DNA of 64,000 nt from Cenococcum geophilum (taxonomy: Eukaryota). The stretch is from the NCBI GenBank assembly GCA_050273025.1, contig CP158635.1, positions 24,490,001 through 24,554,000 on the forward strand, in the 5' to 3' direction. A program made the translations under genes and the position numbers. A model generated the notes under the pieces. That model saw nothing but the letters and a program-made list of their open reading frames with translations, did not search any database and was not told where the DNA came from. Each line of letters starts with the position of its first letter. The first letter of the stretch is position 1. Positions 39,002 through 51,970 of this stretch are shown in pieces.

Positions 39002-40047
39002 CGTAACGGGACTAGCCCAGTTATAGCAGGAATATCTTGGTGAAACACTCGACAGATAAATTCCAACGCTTTGACCAAATTCTGCCGAATTCTGCTAGCT
39101 TAATTAACTTCTGCCAAGTTCTACTAGATCAATTAAATTCTACCGAAGTCTGTTAAAGACCGCATGCGTATATACGCACGCATCGACCACTAAGCCCCTA
39201 ACTATTTAATTATATAATTCTCTTATTATTCCTTTCTCTTCTTTACGCAACGTCTTATTCTTAGCGAGAGCTATATACCCTTAGATTTAGATAAAATTTA
39301 TATTATTCCTTTAAATCTTCCCCTAAAGTCTCTTCGCGCCCTTATATTACGTTATATTAATACTAATACCCTTAAAATAGTAAATAAACTTAAATCCGCT
39401 ACGTTAACTATTATAGCCCTAGTTAGGGAACAAATAATAATAATATAATAGTCCTTTATAGATGCCTTAGCCTAGTAATAAGCTATACTAGAAACTTAGT
39501 ATTAGTAATTAATTAAAGCAATACGCAAAGAACTTTATAACGCTAAAGTACTTATATTAAAGACCCTAGTACCAATACCCTCTATAGATAAGATTAAAAT
39601 AACTATACCTAAACCTAACCCGTTAAATATAAACCCTAAACTAGCAGTAGTAGCTTAATCTATATTTATAATAAATCTAATACCTATTATAAAATCCAAA
39701 AAGCTCCCTAACCCTCTAATGTTTAATAGAAATTAAAATAACCTATAACCTTTTATAACTAAGCTCTGCCTTAAACTTTTAATAAACTATAACTAATACC
39801 CTACTAAAGCTAGTAAAATTAGCTATAGAATGTCTTATTTAAGTAAAAATACTACATAAATTATAGACCCATTCTTCTATAATAGCACCTTTATTAACTT
39901 TAAAATCTTTATCTCCTTACTAGAGTAAATATATAATAACGCCAGCCGCGAACATATAGCTATTATAAAACTTAAGAACCTATAATAACGGAACCAAGAC
40001 TTTACTAACTTCTTTTCGGAATTTTTAAGTTTTATTAGTAAGCTAAA
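39002..40047 (+). mobile_element. Gypsy family B, 5' part: LTR 39002-39356 and gag
   Basis: cgtaacggg...cgttata termini. De-RIPed gag KSEKLPDPPMFDGNRNDLRPFVTKLRLKL..KLENLRQRNQDF, cut by the LTR at 40048. Confidence 0.8.
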
Positions 40048-43000
40048 TGTAACGGCGCTATCGCACGTTACCTGCCAAATTCTGCCATATCCTGCCGACC
40101 TGTAATTGGCCCGCCTAAAGCTAGCGCCTTAGCGGCTCACCCTATATATTTGTTTATATTAGTCCTAGCAACCCCTTTTCCTTCTCTTTAGCTTAGTATC
40201 TTTATAAGATAGCATTCTATAAGCTTTGGTTTAGAAGCATTTATATAAGCCGTTACATTATACTAAGCTCTCCCTATATTGCCTGGGAAGGCCTTAATAA
40301 TATCCTACTTTAAAAGAAAAAACTTCGTCTATAATAATGCGTTAACGCGCTATACTTAGACACTAAAACAACTCTACATTGCCTAGGAAGGCCTAGATAA
40401 TATCCCACCTTATAAGCCAGACAGAACTAGACCTATACCCCTAAAATTAAAACCAAAGTATATAATACTAATAAACCCTAGAAAGCTAATAATGGCACCT
40501 AAAGCAAGCTTATTTAAGAGAGTTACCTCTACCTAAGAGAAACCTAAGATCCAATTAGAATTAAAAATTAAAGATAATAATAACGTTATAGATATACGCA
40601 AGTAGATTTACGCCCTTATAGCTAGCTAGGAAGCTAATTGTCTTAAAGTAAGGAATATATAAGAGACCCTATAAGAGATCCTAGAAAGCCTTATAGCCCT
40701 ATAAAATAGCCTAGCTTCCCCTTCTTAAAGCCTAGCTAATATACTCACTCTACTAAATACAATATACTAGGGAGTACGGATATAATAATAAAGTAAGTAA
40801 AGTCCGTTAAGCTTCCTAACCCCTAACCACTATCTAACGGGATAGACCCTACCTTTAAGAATTAGAGGATTTAAGTATGAGGAAAGCTCTATGTTAACTA
40901 CAACTATTTCCTTTTTAAGGAAGCCAAAATGCTCTACCTTTTTAGTTAAACCACTAGGGACGCCTAACGGCACCTTTAAGCCAAGTTTAAGGACAATTCC
41001 CCTATCTAATTTATATCTATTAATAAGATAATACGGCACCTAGCGGCTATTTATATTAACCTAAACAAAGTATAGGACGCCTAGTATAACTATAATCGCC
41101 TAATAATAAAACCAAACTAACCCTTTACCAAATTCTAGACTTAATTCCTATACCTTATAGGAGAAGGCTAGGTTTCCTTTAAGAACTACTAATTAGACTT
41201 ATATAATAAGCTAATAATTTAGCTATAAGAGAAGATCGCTATAACCTTAGATGACCTTCTAACGTATAATAGACTTATAACTTATTACTTATTACTAGAT
41301 TTAGAACTAAAGCAAATTAACACCTACCCTAATCGGCAGAAGTGACCCCAGAATAATTAAAACTCATTAGCTATACCTATAGGAGCTAAAGTAGAAAGAT
41401 AAGCTATAACCGCCCTTACACTAAAAGCGGTCATATCTACGCACTAGTAGGCCTCGCTTGACTAGCTATATACTATACCCCTAACTAGTACTTATCGCAA
41501 TACCCTAATCGACCCTACCTTAGCTACTTGCTATAACTATAATAAAGAGGGTTACTTTGCCTTATCTTGCCTAGAGCTAAAGGATATAGGCGATATTAAG
41601 GAAATAGAGGAAGGAGAAATGTCTAACGAGTTGGGAAAAGAAGAGCCCTAGGGAAAGACTCCTCCCTAAAGTACCCTATTAATCTTAAAAAGATTAATCT
41701 TAGTTAGTTAATGGGTAGAAAGCATTTTACTATTCTATATATAGTATTTTAAAATAGATATAGAGTAAATATAACTACCCTTATTAATACTAGAGTAAAT
41801 AGCTTCGTGTAAGGGATATTATTATAGACACCTTGGGTTGCCCTTAGGACAACCCCCGGACGCCCCTTAGATAATCGCCGGTCACGTACCGGAGGCACGT
41901 ACCCGTAGTATATAGTCTCTACAATCCTAGAGGCCTTACCTCCTTAAGGATTCGTCTCTCTTACCAATCTATCCTATTCCAATTGTATCCTTATAGCCCC
42001 CTATCTATAAGATCCCCTTATATTTAAATCCTTCCTACTCCTTTTTAGAAGGGTAGTTAGCTTTAAGGACTAGATTATTTATTTATATCTTTTGTTTATA
42101 ACTACTATTCTTCCTTAAAAATCTCGTAATAACCTAAATAGAAACTCTATGGATACCTTATGGAAAGCCGTCGCGTAAAGGTAGGAAGGTCCCTCTAATA
42201 GCAAAAGATTGCGACAATATAACCCTCTAGGCAAGACGGCCGAACGAGCCCTAATACCTAGATACTCTAGGAGCTTGAAGACTCTTATATACCTACGGTT
42301 ACCAGCAACGCTGAGGAAATTATAGATACCCTCTACAACGGTTATAACGCTGCTAGAAAGCAACTGGAACCCCTCCGGCCCTACCTAAGCTAATTAGAAG
42401 ATTAAGTGTTAGAGGCAACTCTAAGATCTTCCCCTAAGCTAGAAATGCTAGAGGAATATACTAATATATCCGACTAGGGAACCAACCGGAACCCTCCTAG
42501 AAGACCACCGGCCTATAATTGGTATAGTGGCGGTGTATAGACTGCTTATAAGCTAAGTAGGCCTACCCCTTTAGGTAATCTAAGCTAATTACTAACTTAA
42601 GACCCGAGCCTCGTTAGGAAGCCTATATTAGCTACTAGTACTAATACTACCTCTATAGTAGGAGCCTCCCTAGGCCCGAGTTTAAAAGGTTAAAAGCCCT
42701 ATACCGATCTCCTTTAAGACGGATATTAGGAAGCTATTATAAGGCTCTCGGAAGCTATACGGGAGGAAGCTACTAATAAATATATTAGAACCCTTTAAGG
42801 GTAAATCTAGATCTAGTAGGGTCTAATCTAAGCTAGGCAAATTCTTTTATAACCTAGTTAAGGCTAAGGGCTTCCTGGGAGCTACCTAGTACCTACCTAA
42901 GAAGGTGTAAAAGACTTAGAGAGTTATCTACGTAATAAACAGAAAAAGGATATAGACTAACTGGCTAAGGCCTTTAGTAGTCTAGAACTCCGCTATAGAC

Positions 43001-45339
43001 CTAACGCCCAGTAGTTGGACAATTGGGTTCGTAAGGTAGATAACTTCTTTAAGATACTAATAATACGAGATAATACAAAAGAGCATATATACTGGATTAT
43101 TAACAAGATTAAAGACCGATCGCTAAACTAGATCGCACTTAATTAGCTTAATAAAGAGCAAATTACTATATAGCTATAGCTGTAAACCTTTCTAAAGAAA
43201 TAGACTTAAGATCTATATATTATATAATATAATAATGCAAAGCTATTCTAGAATAGGATATAGCTAGACCGCCACGACTTCCGCCAGTTTATAAACTTTA
43301 TAGAAACTTATGCTTAATAGATAGATCTAGAACCCTTTAAAAATAAGGATGGTAGCATCTATAAGAAGGAGAAGATCGGGTTTATCTAGGTTAGAATTAA
43401 GCTAGTAATTTATAACGAAATAAAGCGCATAGGAGCCCTATCGCAGATCACTATATATGCGGATTTTAAACGAGCAGTCCTAAACGCTAAAGATACGGTA
43501 AGGAACTAGACCTCTTCCGGTAGGAAGCTAGGGGGTTACTAAAAGCGTGGGCACTCTAGTAGTAACGCAGGGCAGACTTAACCTTTAAAGAAGCCGTTCT
43601 TAAAGAGAACTTTAGAAGGGTTAAAGTTAGGAACCTTAAATAACGGGAAAGACTCCTAGGGTTAACCTAATACCTATCCGGCACCTTTATAGAAACACTC
43701 TAAGAAGTTAAGAGAAAACTCTAGAGGTAGATCCTATTAGAAAAATAAATAGGGTAATAACCGCACTAACAATCTAAAAAAAGAAAAGCCCTAGTTACGG
43801 ACCTCTTCTAGCTATAACTAGGGCAAGATATAGAAGAAAAGACTCTCTATATTACTATTAAGCTAGAAATAATACTCCCTATAGGTAAGGTATAATAGTT
43901 CTAAGTACTATATAACAGCGGCGCTAAAATTAATCTTATATAATATAATTTGGTAAAAGAGCATAAACTTATCCTATTATAAAGGTGGTGGAAACCTATT
44001 ATAGGCTTCCTAGATAAGTATTAGATTAAGCTATATAGTGCCTATAAGCTTATAGTATTAGTAGCTAATATATATAACCGCACTAAGGTAGTCGGCCCGC
44101 AACCCTTTTAGGCGGCTAACTTCGTAGGTTATAACCTTATCCTTAGATACCCTTAGCTTGCGGAAGCAGATCCTAAGATACGCTTTAAGACTGGAGCCTT
44201 TAAATAGTGGAACGATGAAGATTTAGAAGGGTATATATTACTAATAAGCCTAAAGGATATCCTAGAGAATATAGCCCTAGGCGAAATAGTGTACGCTCTA
44301 TACCTAAAGGAGTATCAAATCTAACCCCTATTTAAGGGCAAGATGGGTATAAAGCCTAGTATAGGTAATAACCCCTCTATAATAGAAACCCTACGGGGAA
44401 CTACTAGATAGGTCGCGGAGACATTATAAGGAGGCGGCGATCTTAAGGATCTTATAAGATACTTTAACCGCTATAGGTTACTCTAGCTTAAGTAATATGC
44501 AGAGAGTATACTATAGCACCTTAAACGCTACGTTAAGGAGTTTCCTACCCTCTACTGGCTATTATATAAAACGGTTTAATATACGGTAGCAACTATATAT
44601 AAGTAACTATTACAGCGCACGACGCTGCCCGTAAGTATCTTAAGGGAGCTTCGGGACCTACCCGATAATAACGCAGAGGATAAACGCGACCCTAATTTGT
44701 TAAATATTTTAGCAGGCCTAAGGGACTTACTAAGGGTATTTTTGGGTAGGAGAGCTAAAGTCCTACCGTAGAACTTAGAGTACGATTATATAATTAATCT
44801 AGAAGAAGGTAAGTAACCGCCGAACCTTCCTATCTATAACCTTTTGCGTAAAGAGCTTAAGATCCTACGGGAGTACCTTAATGGCTTACTAGAAAAGGGA
44901 TAGATCCGGCTAGTAAGTTGCCGTTAGGCGCGCTAATCCTCTTCATCCTAAAACTAGATGGAACTATAAGGCTATGCGTAGACTATTGCGGTCTTAATAA
45001 GATTATAATTAAGAACCATTACCCACTACTACTGGTTAGTGAAATGCTAGATTAACTATCTAGGGCGAAGATCTTTACAAAGTTAGATCTATAAGACGCC
45101 TATTATAAGCTCTATATTAAAGAAGGGGATAAGTAAAAGACCGCTTTTAAGACCTAATACGGCCACTTTAAGTATCTAGTAATACCTTTTAGGCTAGCTA
45201 ATACGCCTACGATATTTTAATCGTATATTTACAGAGCCTTAGGGGGACTAGTTAACCGCATATGCGTTATCTATTTAGATACATCGGGAAAATATTCGCA
45301 GGATGAGATTCAAGTAGACTTTGTGTGGCGCGTTTCGCG

Positions 45340-45625
45340 TAATTGACATGCAATTTGACCAACTTGACACGCAATTGACCAACTTGACACGCAATTGACC
45401 AACTTAACATGCAATTTAACCAACTTAATACGCAATTGACCAACTTGACATGCAATTTAACCAACTTAATACGCAATTGACCAACTTGACATGTAATTTA
45501 ACTAACTTAATACGCAATTAACTAACTTGACAACTTTAAAAGCTAACTGCATATTCCTTGACACGCAGTTAACCTATTTAACAACTTTAAAAGCTAACTG
45601 TATATTCCTTGACATGCAATTAAGG
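45340..45625. repeat. 20-bp tandem array (aacttgacacgcaattgacc)
   Basis: Direct inspection; the array degenerates at the right end. Confidence 0.9.
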
Positions 45626-45681
45626 TAAAGCTATATGCCAATTACGCAATCTTATATAATCTTACATAGTCTTATTACTTA

Positions 45682-46496
45682 GAGGCTCTGCATAAGGCTC
45701 TGCACAAGGCTCTACACGAAGCTCTACACGAAGCTCTACACGAAGCTCTACACGAGGCTCTGCACAAGGCTCTACACGAAGCTCTACACGAAGCTCTACA
45801 CGAGGCTCTGCACAAGGCTCTACACGAAGCTCTACACGAAGCTCTACACGAAGCTCTACACGAAGCTCTACACGAAGCTCTACACGAAGCTCTACACGAA
45901 GCTCTACGTACAGAGGCTCTGCACGAGGCTCTGCGCGAAGCTCTGCGTACGGAGGCTCTGCACGAAGCTCTACGTAGAGGCTCTGCACGAAGCTCTGCGC
46001 GAGGCTCTGCGTACGGAGGCTCTGCACGAAGCTCTACGTAGAGGCTCTGCACGAGGCTCTGCGCGAGGCTCTGCGTACGGAGGCTCTGCACGAAGCTCTG
46101 CACGAAGCTCTGCACGAAGCTCTGCACGAAGCTCTGCACGAAGCTCTGCACGAAGCTCTACGTACAGAGGCTCTGCATGAGGCTCTGCGCGAAGCTCTGC
46201 GTACGGAGGCTCTGCACGAAGCTCTACGTAGAGGCTCTGCACGAGGCTCTACGCGAGGCTCTGCGTACGGAGGCTCTGCACGAAGCTCTGCACGAGGCTC
46301 TGCACGAGGCTCTGCGCGAAGCTCTGCGTACGGAGGCTCTACACGAAGCTCTGCACGAGGCTCTGCGCGAAGCTCTGCATACGGAGGCTCTACACGAAGC
46401 TCTACACGAAGCTTTATACGAAGCTCTACGTACAGAGGCTCTGCACAAGGCTCTGCGCGAAGCTCTGCGTATGGAGGCTCTACACGAAGCTCTGCA
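45682..46496. repeat. 12-bp minisatellite (gaagctctgcac / gaggctctacac) with 15-bp variants
   Basis: Direct inspection; source of the spurious EALH/RASC/VELR ORFs. Confidence 0.95.
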
Positions 46497-46624
46497 TCGG
46501 GTCCCCGCTATATTCCCGATAGCGTCTACACGTGTCTCTGCCTATGTAGCCGCCTTATTTTTTACCCTTCCTTCCCTCCTTACATCCTCCCTACCTAGGG
46601 AGGCACTAGAACGGCAGCCAGCAG

Positions 46625-47060
46625 AGGACCGTTGCTAGAACTAGATGACTATCGCTAGAACTAGACGACCGTCGCTAGAACCAGACAATCGTCGTCAGAG
46701 CCAGACGACTATCGCCAGAGCTAGACAACTGTTGCTAGAACCAGACGACCGTCGCCAGAACTAGACGACCGTTACCAGAACCAGACGACCGTCGCTAGAG
46801 CCAGACGACCGTCTCCAGAGTCAGACGACTGTCGCCAAAACTAGACGACCGTCGCTAGAGCCAGACGACCGTCGCCAGAACCAGACGACCGTCGCCAGAA
46901 CCAGACGACCGTCGCTAGAACTAGACGACCGTCGCCAGAACCAGACGACCGTTACCAGAGCCAGACGACCGTTACCAGAGCCAGACGACCGTTACCAGAA
47001 CTAGACGACCGTCGCTAGAACCAGACGACCGTCGCCAGAACCAGACGACAACGACTAGCC
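46625..47060. repeat. 20-bp minisatellite (ccagacgaccgtcgccagaa), about 21 copies
   Basis: Exact 20-nt periodicity is visible. Confidence 0.95.
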
Positions 47061-47104
47061 AGCGAACACTATAAACGATTTGATTAATAGATCGAATCAA
47101 GGTA

Positions 47105-47465
47105 GCACAGACAGGTAGGTATAAACAGGGAGATGCTAACGGGTAGGTAGATGCAGACAGGTAGGTAGATATAGACAGGTAAGCAGATGTAGACAGGCAA
47201 GCAGATGCAGATAGGTAGGCAGATGCTGACGGGTAGGCAGATATAGACAGGTAGGCAGATGCAAACAGGTAGGCGATGCAGATAGGTAGGCGATGCAGAT
47301 AGGTAGGCAATGCAGACAGGTAGGCAATGTAGGCAGGTAGGCAATGCAGACAGGTAGGTAATGCAGACAGGTAGGCAATGCAGATAGGTAGGTAATGTAG
47401 ACAGGTAGGCGATGCAGGCAGGTAGGTAGATAGGCAGGTAGGTAAGTTAATAGGTAGATAGGTAG
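47105..47465. repeat. 17/18-bp minisatellite (aggtaggcaatgcagac / aggtaggcagatgcagac)
   Basis: Direct inspection. Confidence 0.9.
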
Positions 47466-50400
47466 AAGAGAACCATCGCTATATTATATTAAATTATCTA
47501 AAATAATATTATTTATTTTGCTAGCCTTATAAATAGCTTTAAAATAGCTTTTATTTATTTAAAATATGCTATTAGTATAAAAGAGGTAAATATAATTATG
47601 GTTGCCAAATGCGCAGATTGCTGGCAGGTTGCGCGCAGGTTGCGCGCAGGCTGCGCGCAGGCTGCGTGTCAAAAAAACACGACATAGGCTAGTCGGTCGA
47701 GTTGCCAAATGACCTCAACTGCGCGCCAATTGCGTCAACCACCAACCATTGAGGCCATTGAAAGGGTACCATATTTTGCCGATGTAACATCTTAATCTAC
47801 TTAGAAGATAAGGATTAACACAAGTAATATATCCGCGAAGTGCTGGAACGTTTAGATAATTAGGGCCTCTACGCCAAGGCGTTAAAGTATATCTTTAATA
47901 CTAAGTAGGTCGAGTTCCTAGGGTATATTATAACGCCTACGGGTATAGTTATGGACCTAGTAAGGGTATAGACAATCTAGGAGTGGCCGAAGCTAGAGAG
48001 CTACTGGGATGTTTAAGTATTTTTAGGCTTTGCTAATTTCTATAGGCGCTTTATTTATAACTACTTAGACGTTACCTAATACCTATTTAACTATATTACG
48101 GAAGCTTTTTAAGACCTAACCTAAGGAGCAAAAAGCTTAAAGGCGGTAAGAAAAAAAACTAAAAAGGGACTAATTAAATGGTATAAGCTATAGTTATAGC
48201 CTAGAAAGGTTTAGGAGGCCTTTTAGGAACTTCGCGTAAAGTTTATGGAAGCTCTATTACTACGGCATTTCAACCTAGATTAGCTATTAATAATAATCAC
48301 TAATGTATTAAATTTTACCTTTGCTAGTATCCTGCTATAACCCGATAGGTATCCAGATACTACCTAGCTCTATTAAAGACTAGTAGTATTTTATAGCAGA
48401 AAATTCTAGGGACTTAAAGTTAGGTATTATACCCACAATAAGGAACTGCTGGCTATAGTTAACTGCTTTAAACAGTGGCGATACTACCTTAAGTACGCGA
48501 GCTATACTACTCGTGTACTCTTAGATCACTATAATCTACGCTACTTTATGACTATAAAGGAGCTTATACCTCAACAAGCTAGATAGGTAAAGGAGCTCGC
48601 GCGATTTAACTTCAAGATTAAATATAAGCTAGGGGAAAACAATCCTGCCAATGGACTGTTATAACGGCTAGACTATACTAAAGGCTTTAAAACGGGAGAA
48701 GGAAAATAGATAATAGATATCTTACTCCCTATATTATAGAATAAGCTCCGGGTATAAGATGCTTAAGTACCCACAGCTCCATATACCGAGTCTCAGGCGG
48801 TGTAAGCCCTATTGGTTTCCACTGACGTTCCGGCTAGTACCCGGTCCGTTGCTAATAAGGGTCCAAATATACCTGGATAGGATGTCCCCGATACATTCTC
48901 GGAACTTAGTAATATACTATCTCTAATTGCTAAGCTATCCCCTTAAACAAATAGCGAAGCTATAGAGTAATTAGAACTTAGAGCCCTGCAATAACTAAAG
49001 GACTTTAACCTTGTAGCGGCCTTCCTAATGTACGCGTATTGAAGAGTTGCAAGATTTATGGTACTATCTAGTCTTATACTTAGAGCAGTACGGGATAAAA
49101 TAGCTTTTATTTAGGAACTATCTAAAAGTTTAACGGATTTTATCCGTAAGGTATAACAGAGGGACGCTTCCTATGTTATCCTTAATGCGGAAGTAGACCG
49201 GAAACGTAACGGAAAGAAAACTGCTAGGCGCTATTATTGGGAACTGGACCCGATGGGCCTACTACGTAGAGGTAGTAAGGTTTGGGTGCTATAAGAAGCA
49301 AATCTATAACAGAAGATTCTTATAAAGAATTATAATAATCCCCTAGGCGGCCACTATAGTCAAGCAAAGATAGTAGAATTACTTCAGCGTAAATACTATT
49401 GGCTAAGGCTTAATTAGGAAGCAAAGGAGTATATTAGCTATTATAAGAAGTGTTAAGTATATAAGATCCGCAGGCACAAGCTATGGGGTTTACTTAAATT
49501 AGTTCCCCCTACTAGTAAGCTATAGTAATATTACGCCATGGACTTTATTACGGATCTCCCGCTATCTAAAGATAGCTAAGGATGAATATACGATTCGGTC
49601 CTCGTACTTATTAATAGGTTTTTAAAGTACGTCCAATACCTTCCCGTTAATAAGACGATTAATATATAAAAGCTTACTAACCTAATTAAGGAGAAATGCT
49701 TTCTTAAAGTAGATTAGCTATATTCTATTATTATTAATAGGGGCAGCGTTTTTATAAGCTAATACTGGTCGGACCTATACTTCTATTTAAAGATAGACCA
49801 CTAGTATAGTACGGCTTTCCACCCGTAGATAGATGGGTAAATAGAACGCTAGAACTAGGAACTGGAGTCTTACCTATAGATATATTTAAACTACTAGTAA
49901 GATAACTAGTGCGAGCTACTTCCATACGCGGAGTACGCTTATAATTTAAAGCAATATATATTGTATAAGTATGTACTAATCCAGATCGCCTATGGCGTCC
50001 GACTATTTGGGTTTAATAGTATACCTAATAATTACTAGCTAAGGCCGTATAATTAGTTATGGGATCCTACCGGGAAGTTAAAGGACATCTACTAGAGAGT
50101 ATAAGGATATCTCTAGGAATAGGAAGAGTAATAGAAGTATGTGAAGCAGAGCCTATAAGATGCCCAAGAGTAGTAGAGACTTTGGTACAACCGTAAGCAC
50201 TAGGACAAGTATTTTGGAGTAGGCGATAAGGTTCTATTACGTTCAACGAATATTAAGACCCGTTAACTATTAAAGAAGCTTAATATAAGATACCTAGGTC
50301 CCTTTTAAGTTAAGGAACAAATTAGTAAGCTAGCCTACCGTCTCTAGCTACCCCTATCTATAGCCTGTGTGTATTTAGTGTTTTATATAAACCTACTGGA

Positions 50401-50859
50401 GCCATGGCATAGACTACTGCTAGAAAAGAACTTCTGTCTAGGCCTAATTAAACACCCTAAGGTGGTGGGCGAGTGGTATAAGGTTAAAGCTATACTACGC
50501 TATAAGTCTGTTAAGAATAAGCTTTAATTTAAAGTTAAATAGCTAGGCTGGCTTGCTGAGGACTCTATATGGGAACTAGAGGATTACCTTAATTATTACG
50601 AAGATATTCTAAAAGAATATTGGGACCAAGGTCCACAATTTATAAGTCGCAGAAAGCGCTCTAATACTACGGTGTTATTGCGACCTATAAAGAAAGCTCG
50701 CGAAAAGAGTAAATAGGTTAAATTGGATATGGAACGGACAGGCTCCGGAAACTATAGGGATAGGGCTACGGCCCAAGGCAGGATAGGTCCTTAGCCTTTT
50801 TATATATATAGCATAGAGTTAATAGGGCATTTTGCTAGAATTACATTCCCATTTATTAA

Positions 50860-51970
50860 TCTATACTAGGAACATTGTTTCTAGGGCTTTTAAGCCCTTT
50901 CCGAAAGCCTTATAAGGCCTTTCTAAGCACCTAATTGAGGTCCTTAATTACTACTATATACAAGAACGAATCCCAAAAGTTTAAACCATAAATGCCTAAT
51001 CTGAAAAGCTACTATGCCTTATTATTATTAGGAGCAGGATTAGTATCTATTGGGCCACTAAGTGATGGCTAACGAGAATAGGATCTAGATACCTTGGTAG
51101 GCGTATAAGTAGGTATAAAAACAGGGGTAGGATAATAAGGTGTAGCTAGAGCAGAGACTCTTAAATGCTTAACACTAATATCAGGTCCAAACCAATACCA
51201 ATAAAGCTCTTGTGGCGTAAGCTTATAGTTAATAAAGACACGCTTAAGCCTAGAATAAACAGAGATATTAGCTGGCTGGCATAGTCTAGAACTACTAAGA
51301 CCTTGCTACAGCAACTATTAGTTACCTATCCGCTAGGTATCTAAAGGGTAACCTACCTAATACCTTATCATGTTATGCTCTTTTAAAACTTAATACGCAT
51401 ACGCAAACTCCTTTTTATAGTAGACAGTAACCTTCTTCTTATTACCCCCATCCCGCACCCTATCCTTAGTATACTAACCTTACTCTTACATTAGGCGTTA
51501 CTAGCTAGCTTGCTAGGAATTATAGGTAGTATAGATGGCCGTGGCATAGTCTCGAATTCGGCTAAGTTGTTTAGCATTTACGCTGGAATGAGAGAGAGCC
51601 TAGGCGATATAGTAGTTAAGGACATTAAAGGAACGTCGCTACTCAGGCCTAGGCTATTAAAGCTTAAAGTTAGCAATGGAAATCTATTAAGAATAGAAAA
51701 GCTTACCTTAACGTAACTGCCGCTTTTGGTACGCATGTATTAATTATAAGGACTAAAGGTATTAGATCTAACGCAGTACATCTTATTACAAGCCTCTAGA
51801 ATCCTATTATTAGATTTTTAGTCTTTCGAAGACGTATAGGCAAAATCATTTAGGTAGGACTAGTACTAGTTGCGAGTTAGTGGGGGTTGGGGTTCTATAT
51901 GTAAAGGCAGGGCTAGGATACGCTGTAGAATCTGCTTAAAAGAGCAGTTAGTAGGAGAACGAAGAGGTAT
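50860..51970 (-). pseudogene. Antisense intron-containing Cys-cluster gene in the Gypsy D 3' region
   Basis: De-RIPed MPLRSP..NQCQSCLNDFA..MYCVRSDAFSPCDRCMRTKSGSCVK, then a canonical intron GTAAGC..GCTAAC..TAG (51654-51706) with the frame continuing. The 3' end is approximate. Confidence 0.6.

Larger units (their letters stand above)
45282..47784. mobile_element. Non-coding TIR DNA element (TA TSD, Tc1/mariner-like target) filled with minisatellite arrays
   Basis: TIRs CATCGGGAAAATAT / ATATTTTGCCGATG. TA at 45280-45281 and 47785-47786. Removing it restores the host RT CVIYLD-N(D)ILIY. Confidence 0.9.

Noticed and set aside
46625..47060. CRISPR-like regular repeats
   Set aside because: Head-to-tail tandem units with no unique spacers, no cas genes and a eukaryotic context.
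45662..47378. Overlapping ORFs with EALH/RASC/VELR/PTCL repeats
   Set aside because: By-products of 12- and 17/18-bp minisatellites that are open in several frames on both strands; no unique coding domain.
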